A stretch of 32,000 bases of DNA, taken from contig OY969938.1 in the NCBI GenBank assembly GCA_963704755.1, forward strand, positions 1,110,001 to 1,142,000, given 5' to 3'. Shown here piece after piece: positions 8,892-17,079 of this stretch (positions are counted from its first letter, which is position 1; each line of letters begins with the position of its first letter). Made by a program: the position numbers and the translations under genes. The notes under the pieces are model-generated. The model saw nothing but the letters and a program-made list of their open reading frames with translations. It made no database searches and was not told the origin of the DNA. This DNA is from an uncultured Chloroflexia bacterium. Its GTDB lineage: Bacteria > Chloroflexota > Anaerolineae > Anaerolineales > Anaerolineaceae.

Positions 8892-9665
8892 TTATTTGTT
8901 GGGCAGAAAAGCGGTAACGAACCAGTCATACGTAAAGACACCAACTACACCACCCACGATAGGCCCAACAATCGGAATCCACCAATAGCCGCTCGAGAAC
9001 AGGCCAGTCGTACCGGCTAAAGCACCAAAAATACGAGGTCCTAAATCACGGGCAGGATTGATGGCGTATCCGGAGGGGCCGCCCAGGCTCAGGCCAACCG
9101 CCAGAACAGTGAAGCCCACCAGGAATGGGCCAAGGTTGTGCATCAAACCAGTGTTGCGAGAATCGCCGCTGGCTAAAACGCCCCACAAAAGTACAGCCGT
9201 GCCGATAAGCTCGGTCAAGAAGGCGGTCAAGAAACTGTAGCTGCCGGTAGAATTTGCCGATGCAGCACCCCAAAACGAAGCACCAAAAACAGAACCTGGA
9301 CCAGTTGCCCAGACATTTGGCATGCCAGCCGCAACCAAACCATCACGGTAGACAATGTAAACTGCTGCCGCGCCCAAGAAAGCGCCGATCAATTGGGCTA
9401 AGATGTAGGGCAGTACTTTGCCCCAAGGGAAATTGCGTTTTACTGCCAGGCCAACGGTAACAGCCGGGTTAAGGTGAGCACCAGAGACGCCCGCCGAGAC
9501 ATAAACGGCCACAATAACCGCGAACGCCCATCCGATAGTAATGGTGTTCCAGTTATAAGCTGTTCCGGCCAAGCGCGGAGCTAAGCCAACGTTTGCGACA
9601 ACACCGTCACCTAACAGGATCAAGATAAAAGTCCCAAAGACTTCGCCGACAAACTGTCCGAACAT
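8892..9665 (-). CDS. glpF: Aquaglyceroporin / glycerol uptake facilitator (MIP family)
   Basis: 257 aa with six hydrophobic segments and two NPA boxes (HLNPAVT, INPARD). It sits in a glycerol-gene context. Confidence 0.93.
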   Translation of the reverse strand: MFGQFVGEVFGTFILILLGDGVVANVGLAPRLAGTAYNWNTITIGWAFAVIVAVYVSAGVSGAHLNPAVTVGLAVKRNFPWGKVLPYILAQLIGAFLGAAAVYIVYRDGLVAAGMPNVWATGPGSVFGASFWGAASANSTGSYSFLTAFLTELIGTAVLLWGVLASGDSRNTGLMHNLGPFLVGFTVLAVGLSLGGPSGYAINPARDLGPRIFGALAGTTGLFSSGYWWIPIVGPIVGGVVGVFTYDWFVTAFLPNK

Positions 9666-10019
9666 GTTTTTTCTCCTTGTTTATTCTGGGGTAATACAGA
9701 TCGTACAAAAAACATTGGACCAACTGGTAACCAAGCTCTTTACGATAAGCCCTCCTTTTTCCAGAAAAATAGGTGAAAATAGAACCAATTACTCAGGATA
9801 ATGGCTAAGGAATAATTAAATTTTTCAAGAAGACTGCTATTTTCCGATGTTTTTTGTCAGAATTCACCATTTATCAGGCAGCAGAACTTCAAAATATGAA
9901 ATCGACTGAAGAATATAACCCGCTTTAACCCCCTCAGGTATGCTGGTTAATCATTAGGTAACTATCCCACATTTCTCTCCCGTTGAGTTTGTAGATTGAA
10001 TAATTACACTACATTTTAT

Positions 10020-10059
10020 ATTCTACGTAAAGGTCCCCGGAATTGCAACTTACTTGCCT
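10020..10059 (-). promoter_or_regulatory. Promoter of the glpF-dhaKL unit. Two readings overlap: sigma70 (-35 TTGCAA 10043-10048, 17-nt spacer, -10 TAGAAT 10020-10025) and a sigma54-like -24/-12 element AGGCAAGTAAGTTGCA (10044-10059).
   Basis: Read directly on the minus strand. The GG-N10-GC spacing is exactly that of TGGCACG-N4-TTGCW. The same TTGCA also serves as a -35 with ideal spacing to TAGAAT. Confidence 0.55.
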
Positions 10060-10069
10060 AATTGTGTAT

Positions 10070-10113
10070 CATTTTGAAACAGTTTGAATAGAGCACTGTC
10101 GCATTTTGAAACA
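10070..10113 (-). promoter_or_regulatory. Two direct copies of the 12-mer TGTTTCAAAATG (10070-10081 and 10102-10113), a candidate activator (DhaR-like) binding site
   Basis: The repeat is an exact 12/12 match with a 32-nt period (about 3 helical turns). It lies just upstream of the promoter elements and just downstream of the regulator's stop codon. Confidence 0.5.
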
Positions 10114-10137
10114 CTTGTTTCGCGTCACCTTTCATCT

Positions 10138-12180
10138 TCATAAAACTATCTGGGCTTCCACCGGATGGCGATAGTCAGCCGGGTCGATGGCAAGCGACTT
10201 CATCCGGCGCCATAAGGTCGTCCGGCTCACACCTAAAATATCTGCCATGCGCGACACGTTGCCGCGGCACAATTTGACCGTGCGCAAGATGGTCTCTTTC
10301 TCCACTTCGTCCAGCGAGGATAATTGAAAATCCGGATCCTCCGGCAGATTGCTGCTGGTCGTCAGACGTAGATATGCCGGCAGGTCTTCGACGTTGATTA
10401 CGCCATCCTGCCCAACCTGCATGACCGTCCGCCCGATGACCGCTTCGATCTCGCGCACGTTTCCCGGCCAATAGTATTTTTTCAGCACATCGATCACGCC
10501 CGGCTCCAGGCTGACTTTGTAGCCCGTCTGGGTGGAGAAGCGCTTCAAAATTCTGTCCACCACCTCGGGAATATCCTGCGGACGGTCGCGCAAGGGCGGC
10601 AGCGTGATCGAGAATACGCTCAGGCGGTAGAGCAGGTCGGATCGAAAACTTTTTTGCTTGATCAGCTTCTTCATTTCGACAGCCGTCGATGCGATGATAC
10701 GGCTGTCCACCTTGATCGGCCGGCTGCTGCCCAAACGCTGTACCACGCCCAGTTCCAGCACGTTTAGCAGAATGGTCTGCGCTTCCAGTGGCAAAGCGTC
10801 CACGTCCTGCAGGAAGAGCGTCCCACCTTCGGCCAGCTCGAATTTACTCGGCCGGCTGCTGGTCCGTTTTTCAAGGAAATTCTCGTCGTACCCTAAAAGT
10901 TCAGGCAAGACCAGTTCGTTGGGGATGGAGGCGCAGGCGAAGATCACGAAAGGGCCATCCCGGTTGGCGCTAAAGTTGTGAATGGCGCTGGCCAGAGCAT
11001 TCTTACCCGTCCCGGGCTCGCCGTGAATCAAAATACTGGCCTTGGCCGGCGCGGCCACCCGCACCAAACGCCGCACGTGCAGCATGGCCGGCGAATTACC
11101 CGGAATATCTTCCAGCGTCAGGGCCGCGCTGGCGCCGATCTGGTGATGGACGAGCTGGCGCACTTCCTTCACCGGGCGCAGGGTGGCGATAATCCATTGC
11201 AGCTCGTCCCCGTTGTACACATAGCGGATGCTCATGATGGTGTTGACGACGTGGCCCTCGACCGTCAGGCGTACCTCCCGGTCGGTGACGGCGGTACGGT
11301 TGCGGATCAGGTAATCCAGCGAGGGCTGCAGGTTCATGAAAGCGTCGATCGGTTTGCCTAACAGCGACTTGGCCGGGGCGCCCAGGAGTTGGCTGGCCGA
11401 AAGGTTCGCATGCATGAGAACGTTGCTTGAATTCCAAACCAAGATGCCCTCGGATATGGCCGACAGTACTGCATTCAACTCGGCCAGGTTCGAGTTCTGT
11501 TCCCGCATCAATACGTCCGCCTGCTGTTGGCCTTCGATGGCTTTGGCGGTCACTGTCGCCAGCCCCAAAGCATAGGGATGATATTTTTCCCACAGGGTAA
11601 AGATGCCTACCACCCCCAGCGGATGCCCGGTCAGGTCGAACATGGGGGCGGCTGCGGTACCGAACTGGTGAAAGGCCTGCACGTAATGCTCGTAACCAAC
11701 CACCTGAACCGGCATGCGCTCGGCCAACGCCAACCCGACTGCGTTGGTGCCGACCAGTTCCTCGGTCAGGATGGCCCCTTTCACCACCCCGCAAGCCTCG
11801 AGCGATTCGACCATGTCGCTGTCGCCGTAAATATTCAAGACACAGCCGGCCGTATTGGCGAACAGGATCGCCGTGGAAGTGTTTTCCCCATTCTGCTGAA
11901 CATCTTCCAAAATTGGCAGGGCCACCGAAAGCAGGTCAAAACTGACCAACTGCGATGAAAACAGGTAATCCTCGTTGAGGTGGACCGAGCGGGCCGGTTG
12001 AAATGGATTTACTTTTGCCCAGCAGCGTTTCCACGACCTGGCGATAATAGGCTGCACGCCGGGCAGGAGCTGCTGTTTATATACAAATGCTTTCCATTCC
12101 CCTAAGAACTCTTCCTCACTTTTTCCAGAACTTCCATTTTCTATGGCTAACTGGGGTAGGAGAGTGATAGAAGGTTTCAT
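10138..12180 (-). CDS. dhaR: DhaR/AcoR-like transcriptional activator of the bacterial enhancer-binding protein family (N-terminal GAF/PAS-like sensor, AAA+ core, C-terminal Fis-type HTH). The GAFTGA loop is not conserved.
   Basis: 680 aa. It has Walker A GEPGTGKN, Walker B/sensor GGTLFLQDV and the R-finger region RSDLLYRL. WPGNVREIE and the C-terminal HTH VSRMADILGVSRTTLWRRMK are also present. The symbol is assigned from context only. Confidence 0.8.
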   Translation of the reverse strand: MKPSITLLPQLAIENGSSGKSEEEFLGEWKAFVYKQQLLPGVQPIIARSWKRCWAKVNPFQPARSVHLNEDYLFSSQLVSFDLLSVALPILEDVQQNGENTSTAILFANTAGCVLNIYGDSDMVESLEACGVVKGAILTEELVGTNAVGLALAERMPVQVVGYEHYVQAFHQFGTAAAPMFDLTGHPLGVVGIFTLWEKYHPYALGLATVTAKAIEGQQQADVLMREQNSNLAELNAVLSAISEGILVWNSSNVLMHANLSASQLLGAPAKSLLGKPIDAFMNLQPSLDYLIRNRTAVTDREVRLTVEGHVVNTIMSIRYVYNGDELQWIIATLRPVKEVRQLVHHQIGASAALTLEDIPGNSPAMLHVRRLVRVAAPAKASILIHGEPGTGKNALASAIHNFSANRDGPFVIFACASIPNELVLPELLGYDENFLEKRTSSRPSKFELAEGGTLFLQDVDALPLEAQTILLNVLELGVVQRLGSSRPIKVDSRIIASTAVEMKKLIKQKSFRSDLLYRLSVFSITLPPLRDRPQDIPEVVDRILKRFSTQTGYKVSLEPGVIDVLKKYYWPGNVREIEAVIGRTVMQVGQDGVINVEDLPAYLRLTTSSNLPEDPDFQLSSLDEVEKETILRTVKLCRGNVSRMADILGVSRTTLWRRMKSLAIDPADYRHPVEAQIVL

Positions 12181-12201
12181 TTTTATGGGTTCGCGTTTAA
12201 C

Positions 12202-12729
12202 CTATGCGTGTGGGTTGGCAAATGCAGCGACTAATTCACGACAGAAATCGGGGATATCGGCCACAACCCGTCCCCACACGAGGTTGCCCTCGCGGAAGGC
12301 CGGCTGGTCCACCCAGGTAGCTCCGGCGTTGACCAGGTCATCCTTGATTCCCTTCGATCCGGTCGCCTTATGTCCGTCAACGATGTGAGACGAAATCGCG
12401 ACCAATCCGGCATGGCAGATGATCCCGATGATCTTGCCCTGCGCGTTCATTTCATGGACAAAATCAGTGACGACGGGATAGCGGCGCATCTTATCCGGCG
12501 CCCAACCACCCGGGATGACCAACCCGTCCATTTCGTGCGGGTCCAGGTCTTTCAACTCAACGGTCGGTGTAATAACCAGACCGTTCTTACCGCGAACCGG
12601 TTTCAAATCTACGCCGGCCGCAAAGACCTGGGCGCCTTCTTCTTGCAATCTCATCATCGGAACGTAAAACTCAAGATCTTCTACGCCCTCAGCGAGTAAA
12701 ATGACAATTTTTAATCCAGATAGTTTCAT
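12202..12729 (-). CDS. DJ-1/PfpI family protein (class I glutamine amidotransferase-like; possible glyoxalase III/deglycase)
   Basis: 175 aa. The nucleophile elbow IGIICHAG and PGG are present, and the size is typical of the family. It ends 21 nt upstream of the dhaR-like start. Confidence 0.85.
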   Translation of the reverse strand: MKLSGLKIVILLAEGVEDLEFYVPMMRLQEEGAQVFAAGVDLKPVRGKNGLVITPTVELKDLDPHEMDGLVIPGGWAPDKMRRYPVVTDFVHEMNAQGKIIGIICHAGLVAISSHIVDGHKATGSKGIKDDLVNAGATWVDQPAFREGNLVWGRVVADIPDFCRELVAAFANPHA

Positions 12730-12749
12730 TGTTGTTTAACCTCACTAAG

Positions 12750-12778
12750 ATTATAAACAAAGATGATAAAAATTGCCA
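12750..12778 (-). promoter_or_regulatory. Candidate sigma70 promoter for the DJ-1/dhaR-like pair (-10 TATAAT 12750-12755, -35 TGGCAA 12773-12778)
   Basis: The -10 hexamer is perfect, the spacer is 17 nt, and the -35 is weak. Confidence 0.3.
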
Positions 12779-12826
12779 TGCGATTTTAGCGGGAATATGT
12801 CCAACCGGCCTCTCCCCAGCCCAAAA

Positions 12827-13630
12827 TTAATCTCCGTGGCCGTGTTCGCGCTCGACGATGCCGATGTGCTTATCGTGGTCCTGCATCACCAATACAATCC
12901 CAAAGGTCTCCAGTAAGGCTTCCGGGGTAAGGATATCCTGACCGGGACCGAAAGCGATCACCTTTTTCGCCAACAGCATGGCGTAGGTACATTCGGAAGC
13001 CTGATGAATGTCGTGGGTAGCGATGACCACCATGGCGCCCCGGCTGAGCTCTTCTGACAGTGCCTGGTCGAGCGTTTCCTGCCCGGCAGCGTCCAGCCCG
13101 GCCGCCGGTTCGTCCAGGATGATCAGGTCGGCCTGGCGGGCCAACACCTGGGCCAGATATGTGCGCTGCTGTTGACCGCCCGAGAGCGAGCGCAGCGGGG
13201 CATCTTTTAAGGCTTCGATTCCCATGCGCTGCATCGAACGGTGGATGATCTCCTCATCCGTATGGTCCATGCGTCCAAACAGTCCCTTCTTCGAAAAACG
13301 TCCCATGCGAACCACATCGATGACCCGCAGCGGCAGGATAAAACCGGAGGAATGGAACTGGCTCAGGTAAGCCAACTGGTCGGCATTCTTACCCGGCAGC
13401 CGCCCGAACGCCCCAATCTCGCCGTGGACCGGGGGCAGCAAGCCAACGATCGTTTTCAATAGCGTCGTTTTTCCAGACCCGTTGACCCCGACCAGGGCTA
13501 ACGATTGGCCGCATTCCAGCTCGAAATTGATATCCGGGACGATGATCTCATTGTTGTAGCCAATATCCAGGTGGCTGACACGCAGACAGGCATCCTGGCC
13601 AGAAAATGATGAAGGGCTGTGATCGCTCAT
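12827..13630 (-). CDS. Metal (Zn/Mn/Fe-type) ABC transporter, ATP-binding protein
   Basis: 267 aa. It has Walker A GVNGSGKTT, signature LSGGQQQR and Walker B LIILDEP, plus a His-rich C-terminus. Its start overlaps the upstream permease stop (ATGA). Confidence 0.9.
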   Translation of the reverse strand: MSDHSPSSFSGQDACLRVSHLDIGYNNEIIVPDINFELECGQSLALVGVNGSGKTTLLKTIVGLLPPVHGEIGAFGRLPGKNADQLAYLSQFHSSGFILPLRVIDVVRMGRFSKKGLFGRMDHTDEEIIHRSMQRMGIEALKDAPLRSLSGGQQQRTYLAQVLARQADLIILDEPAAGLDAAGQETLDQALSEELSRGAMVVIATHDIHQASECTYAMLLAKKVIAFGPGQDILTPEALLETFGIVLVMQDHDKHIGIVEREHGHGD

Positions 13631-14475
13631 TGGGTTGGCACCCCACCCCGCGCAGCAGCCGGTGACTTCAAGTTCTGGAAGGTGAATACCACAAAGAACA
13701 GCAGCGTCGCTACTAAAACGATCGCCGATCCGGCTGCCAGGTTGAAATGATAGCTGATCAACAGGCCGGCATAGACCGAAAAGGAGCCGAAAACCGCCGC
13801 CCAGGTAATCATGGTTTCGATCCGCCGGGCGATCAACGCACCCGCACCGGCCGGCGCCAGCAGCATGCCAAACACCAGCAGTGTGCCCACCGTCTGGAAG
13901 GAGACGATAACCGTCAGCGAGATCAACGCCAGCATGATGTTATGGTACAGGTTGGCCGAGAAACCGGCCACCTGGGCCTGCTCCGGGTTGAAGCACAACA
14001 GCAGAAACGGCCGCATACACACCACAGCCGTGATCAAGATCAGGATGGTAGCCACCAGTTCGATCAGGATAGAGGATTGACTCACCCCCAGGATTTCACC
14101 GAACAGCACCTGGACGATATCGCCGGTAAAGGTATTCGAGCGCGAAACGATCACCACGCCTAACGCCAGCATGCCCACGAAAAGCAGGCCAATGGCGATG
14201 TCGAAGGAAAGCCGTGAACGCCGCGTGATCAGGCTGATGCCGCCGATCATCACCACGGCCCCTACGGCCGCCCCAATGATACCGGGAATGCCCAGCAGGA
14301 TGGCCGCGGCGATGCCGGGCAGCACTCCATGAGCCAGTGCGTCGCCGATAAAGGCCAGTCCGCGCAGCACAATAAAAGTACCCACAATGCCGCACGAGAT
14401 CGAAACCAATATGCCGGCAATCAAAGCATGCTGCATGAACGTGTTGGTTGTAAACGGAGTAATAAACCAGTCCAT
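13627..14475 (-). CDS. Metal ABC transporter permease (ZnuB/MntB/TroC family, ABC-3)
   Basis: 282 aa and polytopic. DALAHGVLPG is the typical ABC-3 motif. Confidence 0.9.
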   Translation of the reverse strand: MDWFITPFTTNTFMQHALIAGILVSISCGIVGTFIVLRGLAFIGDALAHGVLPGIAAAILLGIPGIIGAAVGAVVMIGGISLITRRSRLSFDIAIGLLFVGMLALGVVIVSRSNTFTGDIVQVLFGEILGVSQSSILIELVATILILITAVVCMRPFLLLCFNPEQAQVAGFSANLYHNIMLALISLTVIVSFQTVGTLLVFGMLLAPAGAGALIARRIETMITWAAVFGSFSVYAGLLISYHFNLAAGSAIVLVATLLFFVVFTFQNLKSPAAARGGVPTQ

Positions 14476-14500
14476 AATTTCCTTTGCGATATCACACTGG

Positions 14501-14577
14501 AGAGACGCAGAGAACGCCGAGGCGAGAATAAAAAAGCAGGCTTCTATTTCTTTTCACTCGGTGCCCTCCGCGTCTCT
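14501..14577. repeat. Imperfect inverted repeat in the gap between the binding-protein and permease genes
   Basis: Arms 14501-14521 and 14557-14577 pair as 8 + 3 + 7 bp, separated by internal mismatches. The loop is 35 nt and A/T-rich. Confidence 0.5.
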
Positions 14578-14612
14578 GCGGTGAGTTTCTTTGAGCTTTT
14601 TTTTACAAGTCG

Positions 14613-14645
14613 TAATTCAGAACGGATGTGATCCGTTCTGAATTA
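14613..14645. repeat. Perfect 15-bp palindrome with a 3-nt loop, straddling the stop codon of the binding-protein gene
   Basis: TAATTCAGAACGGAT-gtg-ATCCGTTCTGAATTA. It encodes the last ~9 codons (IQNGSHPF*) of the 14617-15624 CDS. Confidence 0.8.
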
Positions 14646-15624
14646 CTGTCTTTATATGATCCGAAACGAACGTCCTTATTTTTAACCCATTCACAATTGT
14701 GCTCGCCAGGCCGCGTTCGAAATCGAAATAATCGCCGTTGGCGGGCAGGCTGTGGGTAGTCAACTGGATGACTTTTACGCCGGTCTCGCTGCCGATGGCA
14801 TCCGAAACAGCCGAGGGAGTGCCCAGCTCGGTGAAGATCGCCTTGACCTGGTTTTGCTCGATCAGCGTCTTGAGGTCAGCCATATCAGAAGCCGAAACCT
14901 GGGCCTGCGAAGTCAGGCTGGGGATGATCGCCCCGACCAGCTTGAAGCCGTAGCGTTGGGCAAAATAGCCCAGCGACTCGTGCCCGGTGACCAGCTTGCG
15001 GTCCGCTTCCGGCAGGCTGCTGACCATATCCGTGATCTCGCCGTTCAGGTTCTCCAGGCGGGTGGTCAAATCCTTGGCGCTGGCCGAAACGTCCAGGCCA
15101 AATTGGCTGTTGAGCTGGCCGGCCAACGCAGAAATTACCGCTTCCATGGTGAGCGGGTCGGTCCAGATGTGCGGATCCGCAGCCCCAACCGCCTGGTCCG
15201 GGTCGCCGCTGGGTATACCTTCACCGGCGCCCACGTGACGTACGGTGATGGCGTCAGAGGCGGTAAAAAATTTAACCCCGTCGGCTTGCGCTTGGGCCAG
15301 GGCCTTCTCCATCCCGCCCTCCAGACCCAGTCCATTCTGGACGATCAGATCGGCATGGGTCAGGGTTTCGATATCCTTGGCCGAAGGCTCCCATTCGTGC
15401 GGGTCCTGCCCGTTGGGCATCGAGATGATCACTTTGGCCTGGTCACCCACCAGGTCCTGGACCAACGATCCTAAAATCGAATACGTGACCACAATGGTCT
15501 TTTTCCCGTTTGCGCCAGGCGTGCCGGCGTTCGCTGCGGAGGCAGCCAAACCGGATTGGCAGGCCGAAAGAACCATGGATGCAACCACCAGGATACTTGC
15601 TAACCCAAAAATGTGCTTACGCAT
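14617..15624 (-). CDS. Metal ABC transporter substrate-binding lipoprotein (ZnuA/MntC/TroA family)
   Basis: 335 aa. It has a signal peptide with lipobox LSAC. DPHEWEPS, DPHIWTDP and HESLGYFAQRYG are typical cluster A-I motifs. Confidence 0.9.
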   Translation of the reverse strand: MRKHIFGLASILVVASMVLSACQSGLAASAANAGTPGANGKKTIVVTYSILGSLVQDLVGDQAKVIISMPNGQDPHEWEPSAKDIETLTHADLIVQNGLGLEGGMEKALAQAQADGVKFFTASDAITVRHVGAGEGIPSGDPDQAVGAADPHIWTDPLTMEAVISALAGQLNSQFGLDVSASAKDLTTRLENLNGEITDMVSSLPEADRKLVTGHESLGYFAQRYGFKLVGAIIPSLTSQAQVSASDMADLKTLIEQNQVKAIFTELGTPSAVSDAIGSETGVKVIQLTTHSLPANGDYFDFERGLASTIVNGLKIRTFVSDHIKTVIQNGSHPF

Positions 15625-15841
15625 TGTTATGCTCCCAGTAAAGTAAAAATCTGGTGGCCTACCAGGCCGGTGAAATAATGGCCGGGGTTCTTATCCATCC
15701 AGATAAGCCGTCCCAAATTCGGTATTAAACAGACCGGATTGAGCCAGCGGTCTGCCAACAATGCTGCAACTATACTGCACCCGCCAAAACCGTGTCGTGC
15801 TGCCCCGCACTTAGCGAACGTGGCAATTCGGACCATTTGAG

Positions 15842-15857
15842 TGTGCTTTTGAGCACA
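15842..15857. promoter_or_regulatory. CRP-like palindrome TGTGC-N6-GCACA
   Basis: TGTGCTTTTGAGCACA lies 15 nt downstream of the Crp/Fnr-family gene stop and ~220 nt upstream of the metal ABC operon start. Confidence 0.35.
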
Positions 15858-15871
15858 TTCTTCGCGACGGG

Positions 15872-16801
15872 TTATTCCAGGCCATCCAGGGCAAAGCCGT
15901 GGTCGCCGTGTTCCCATTCCATCAGGCAGTAGCGCTCGCCATCTTGGGTCGCTACCAGCGAGAGAATCCCCTGGCGGCGCAGGTCACCCAGGGTGCGTGT
16001 GATCGTCGTGCGCGTGGCCCCCACCGCTGAAGCTAACTGTAAATGGGTAATGCGCACGTCCACCAGTTCGCCGTTTTCGGTGGCGACCCCGAACTGTTCC
16101 GCCAACAATGACAGGATACCCAATACGCGCTGGTCCAGCCGTGGACGGGCCTGGATCGCCGCCCAGGCTTCAAGCTGCTGCAAGCGCGAACGCAGTTTCT
16201 CGGCAAAGTCGCGGTCATGCGTCACCTGGTCCCAGGGTTTGATGGTGACCAACGAACCGGTGTGCGAGATCAACTGGATGTAACAATTGTCGGCTGGGTG
16301 CGGGATGACCAGTTGGCCCGGCCCGCACAGTCCTAACAAGACCTCCGACCCATCCTGATAGACCATGGTTTGGGCGATGATGCCCTGGTACACCTCTAAA
16401 ACAGTATCGGGTTCCAACAAGATCACGTCGCCACGCTGGTAGCGTCGTTGAATGTTCGTCGTTCCGGTGTGCTCGTTCTGGCGTTCCAGGTTATCCAGTG
16501 TCCGCTGGACGATCTGTAATATCACCCGCGCCGGTGTATCCGAAAGGAAGACGGCCGTCGCGCCGGCCTCGTAGGCCATGGTGGAAAACTCGTTGGCGCT
16601 GCAGCAGGCCAGCCAGGGCCAGGTCGAGCCGCGAAAAGGCACCAGCCCGTCCGAATTGTCGATCAGCGAGATCATCAAATCGAACGAGCCGGGAAAGCTG
16701 CCCTTTTCCGGCAATACGCTGACCATGTACCCCGCTCCGGTCAACAAAGCGACCATATCCATGGGCTCTTTCCATTGGCCCGCCAGGACAATGTGTTTCA
16801 C
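15872..16801 (-). CDS. Crp/Fnr-family transcriptional regulator with an N-terminal receiver-like (probably pseudo-receiver) domain
   Basis: 309 aa. The C-terminal HTH is THLQLASAVGATRTTITRTLGDLRRQGIL, preceded by a cNMP-binding-like beta-barrel region. The first ~110 aa have an alternating beta/alpha CheY-like pattern (MKHIVLAG, DLMISLID) without the acidic pair. Confidence 0.75.
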   Translation of the reverse strand: MKHIVLAGQWKEPMDMVALLTGAGYMVSVLPEKGSFPGSFDLMISLIDNSDGLVPFRGSTWPWLACCSANEFSTMAYEAGATAVFLSDTPARVILQIVQRTLDNLERQNEHTGTTNIQRRYQRGDVILLEPDTVLEVYQGIIAQTMVYQDGSEVLLGLCGPGQLVIPHPADNCYIQLISHTGSLVTIKPWDQVTHDRDFAEKLRSRLQQLEAWAAIQARPRLDQRVLGILSLLAEQFGVATENGELVDVRITHLQLASAVGATRTTITRTLGDLRRQGILSLVATQDGERYCLMEWEHGDHGFALDGLE

Positions 16802-17020
16802 GTATTTAGCACCCCAACCAGATTTTTATATTTATTACAGACAAATGAGAACCGGCAAATACTACGCTTACCATTTTACTATATGCATGGCTATGCCTCC
16901 ACAACTCATTATGGGGCATTCACAAGAAAGAGGCTGTCATTGCACACCCTGATAAAAGCAGCCGGGGAGCGGCCATTTCAAAGCCGGTTATAACATTATT
17001 CCAGGGAATAATTTTTGTGA

Positions 17021-17055
17021 TGAATACCGGTGAAGCTGCACCTCACCGGTATTCA
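17021..17055 (-). terminator. Hairpin 25 nt downstream of the M23 peptidase gene (13-bp perfect stem, 9-nt loop, no U-tract)
   Basis: TGAATACCGGTGA-agctgcacc-TCACCGGTATTCA. On the minus strand it is followed by an A-rich rather than a U-rich tail, so it would be an I-shaped terminator at best. Confidence 0.4.
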
Positions 17056-17079
17056 CAAACAACCCTTCAGGGCAATGAA

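Noticed and set aside
15627-15917. 96-aa minus-strand ORF in the znuA-like upstream region
   Set aside because: It overlaps the 3' end of the Crp-family gene and the promoter region. It has no RBS or motifs and its composition is not protein-like.
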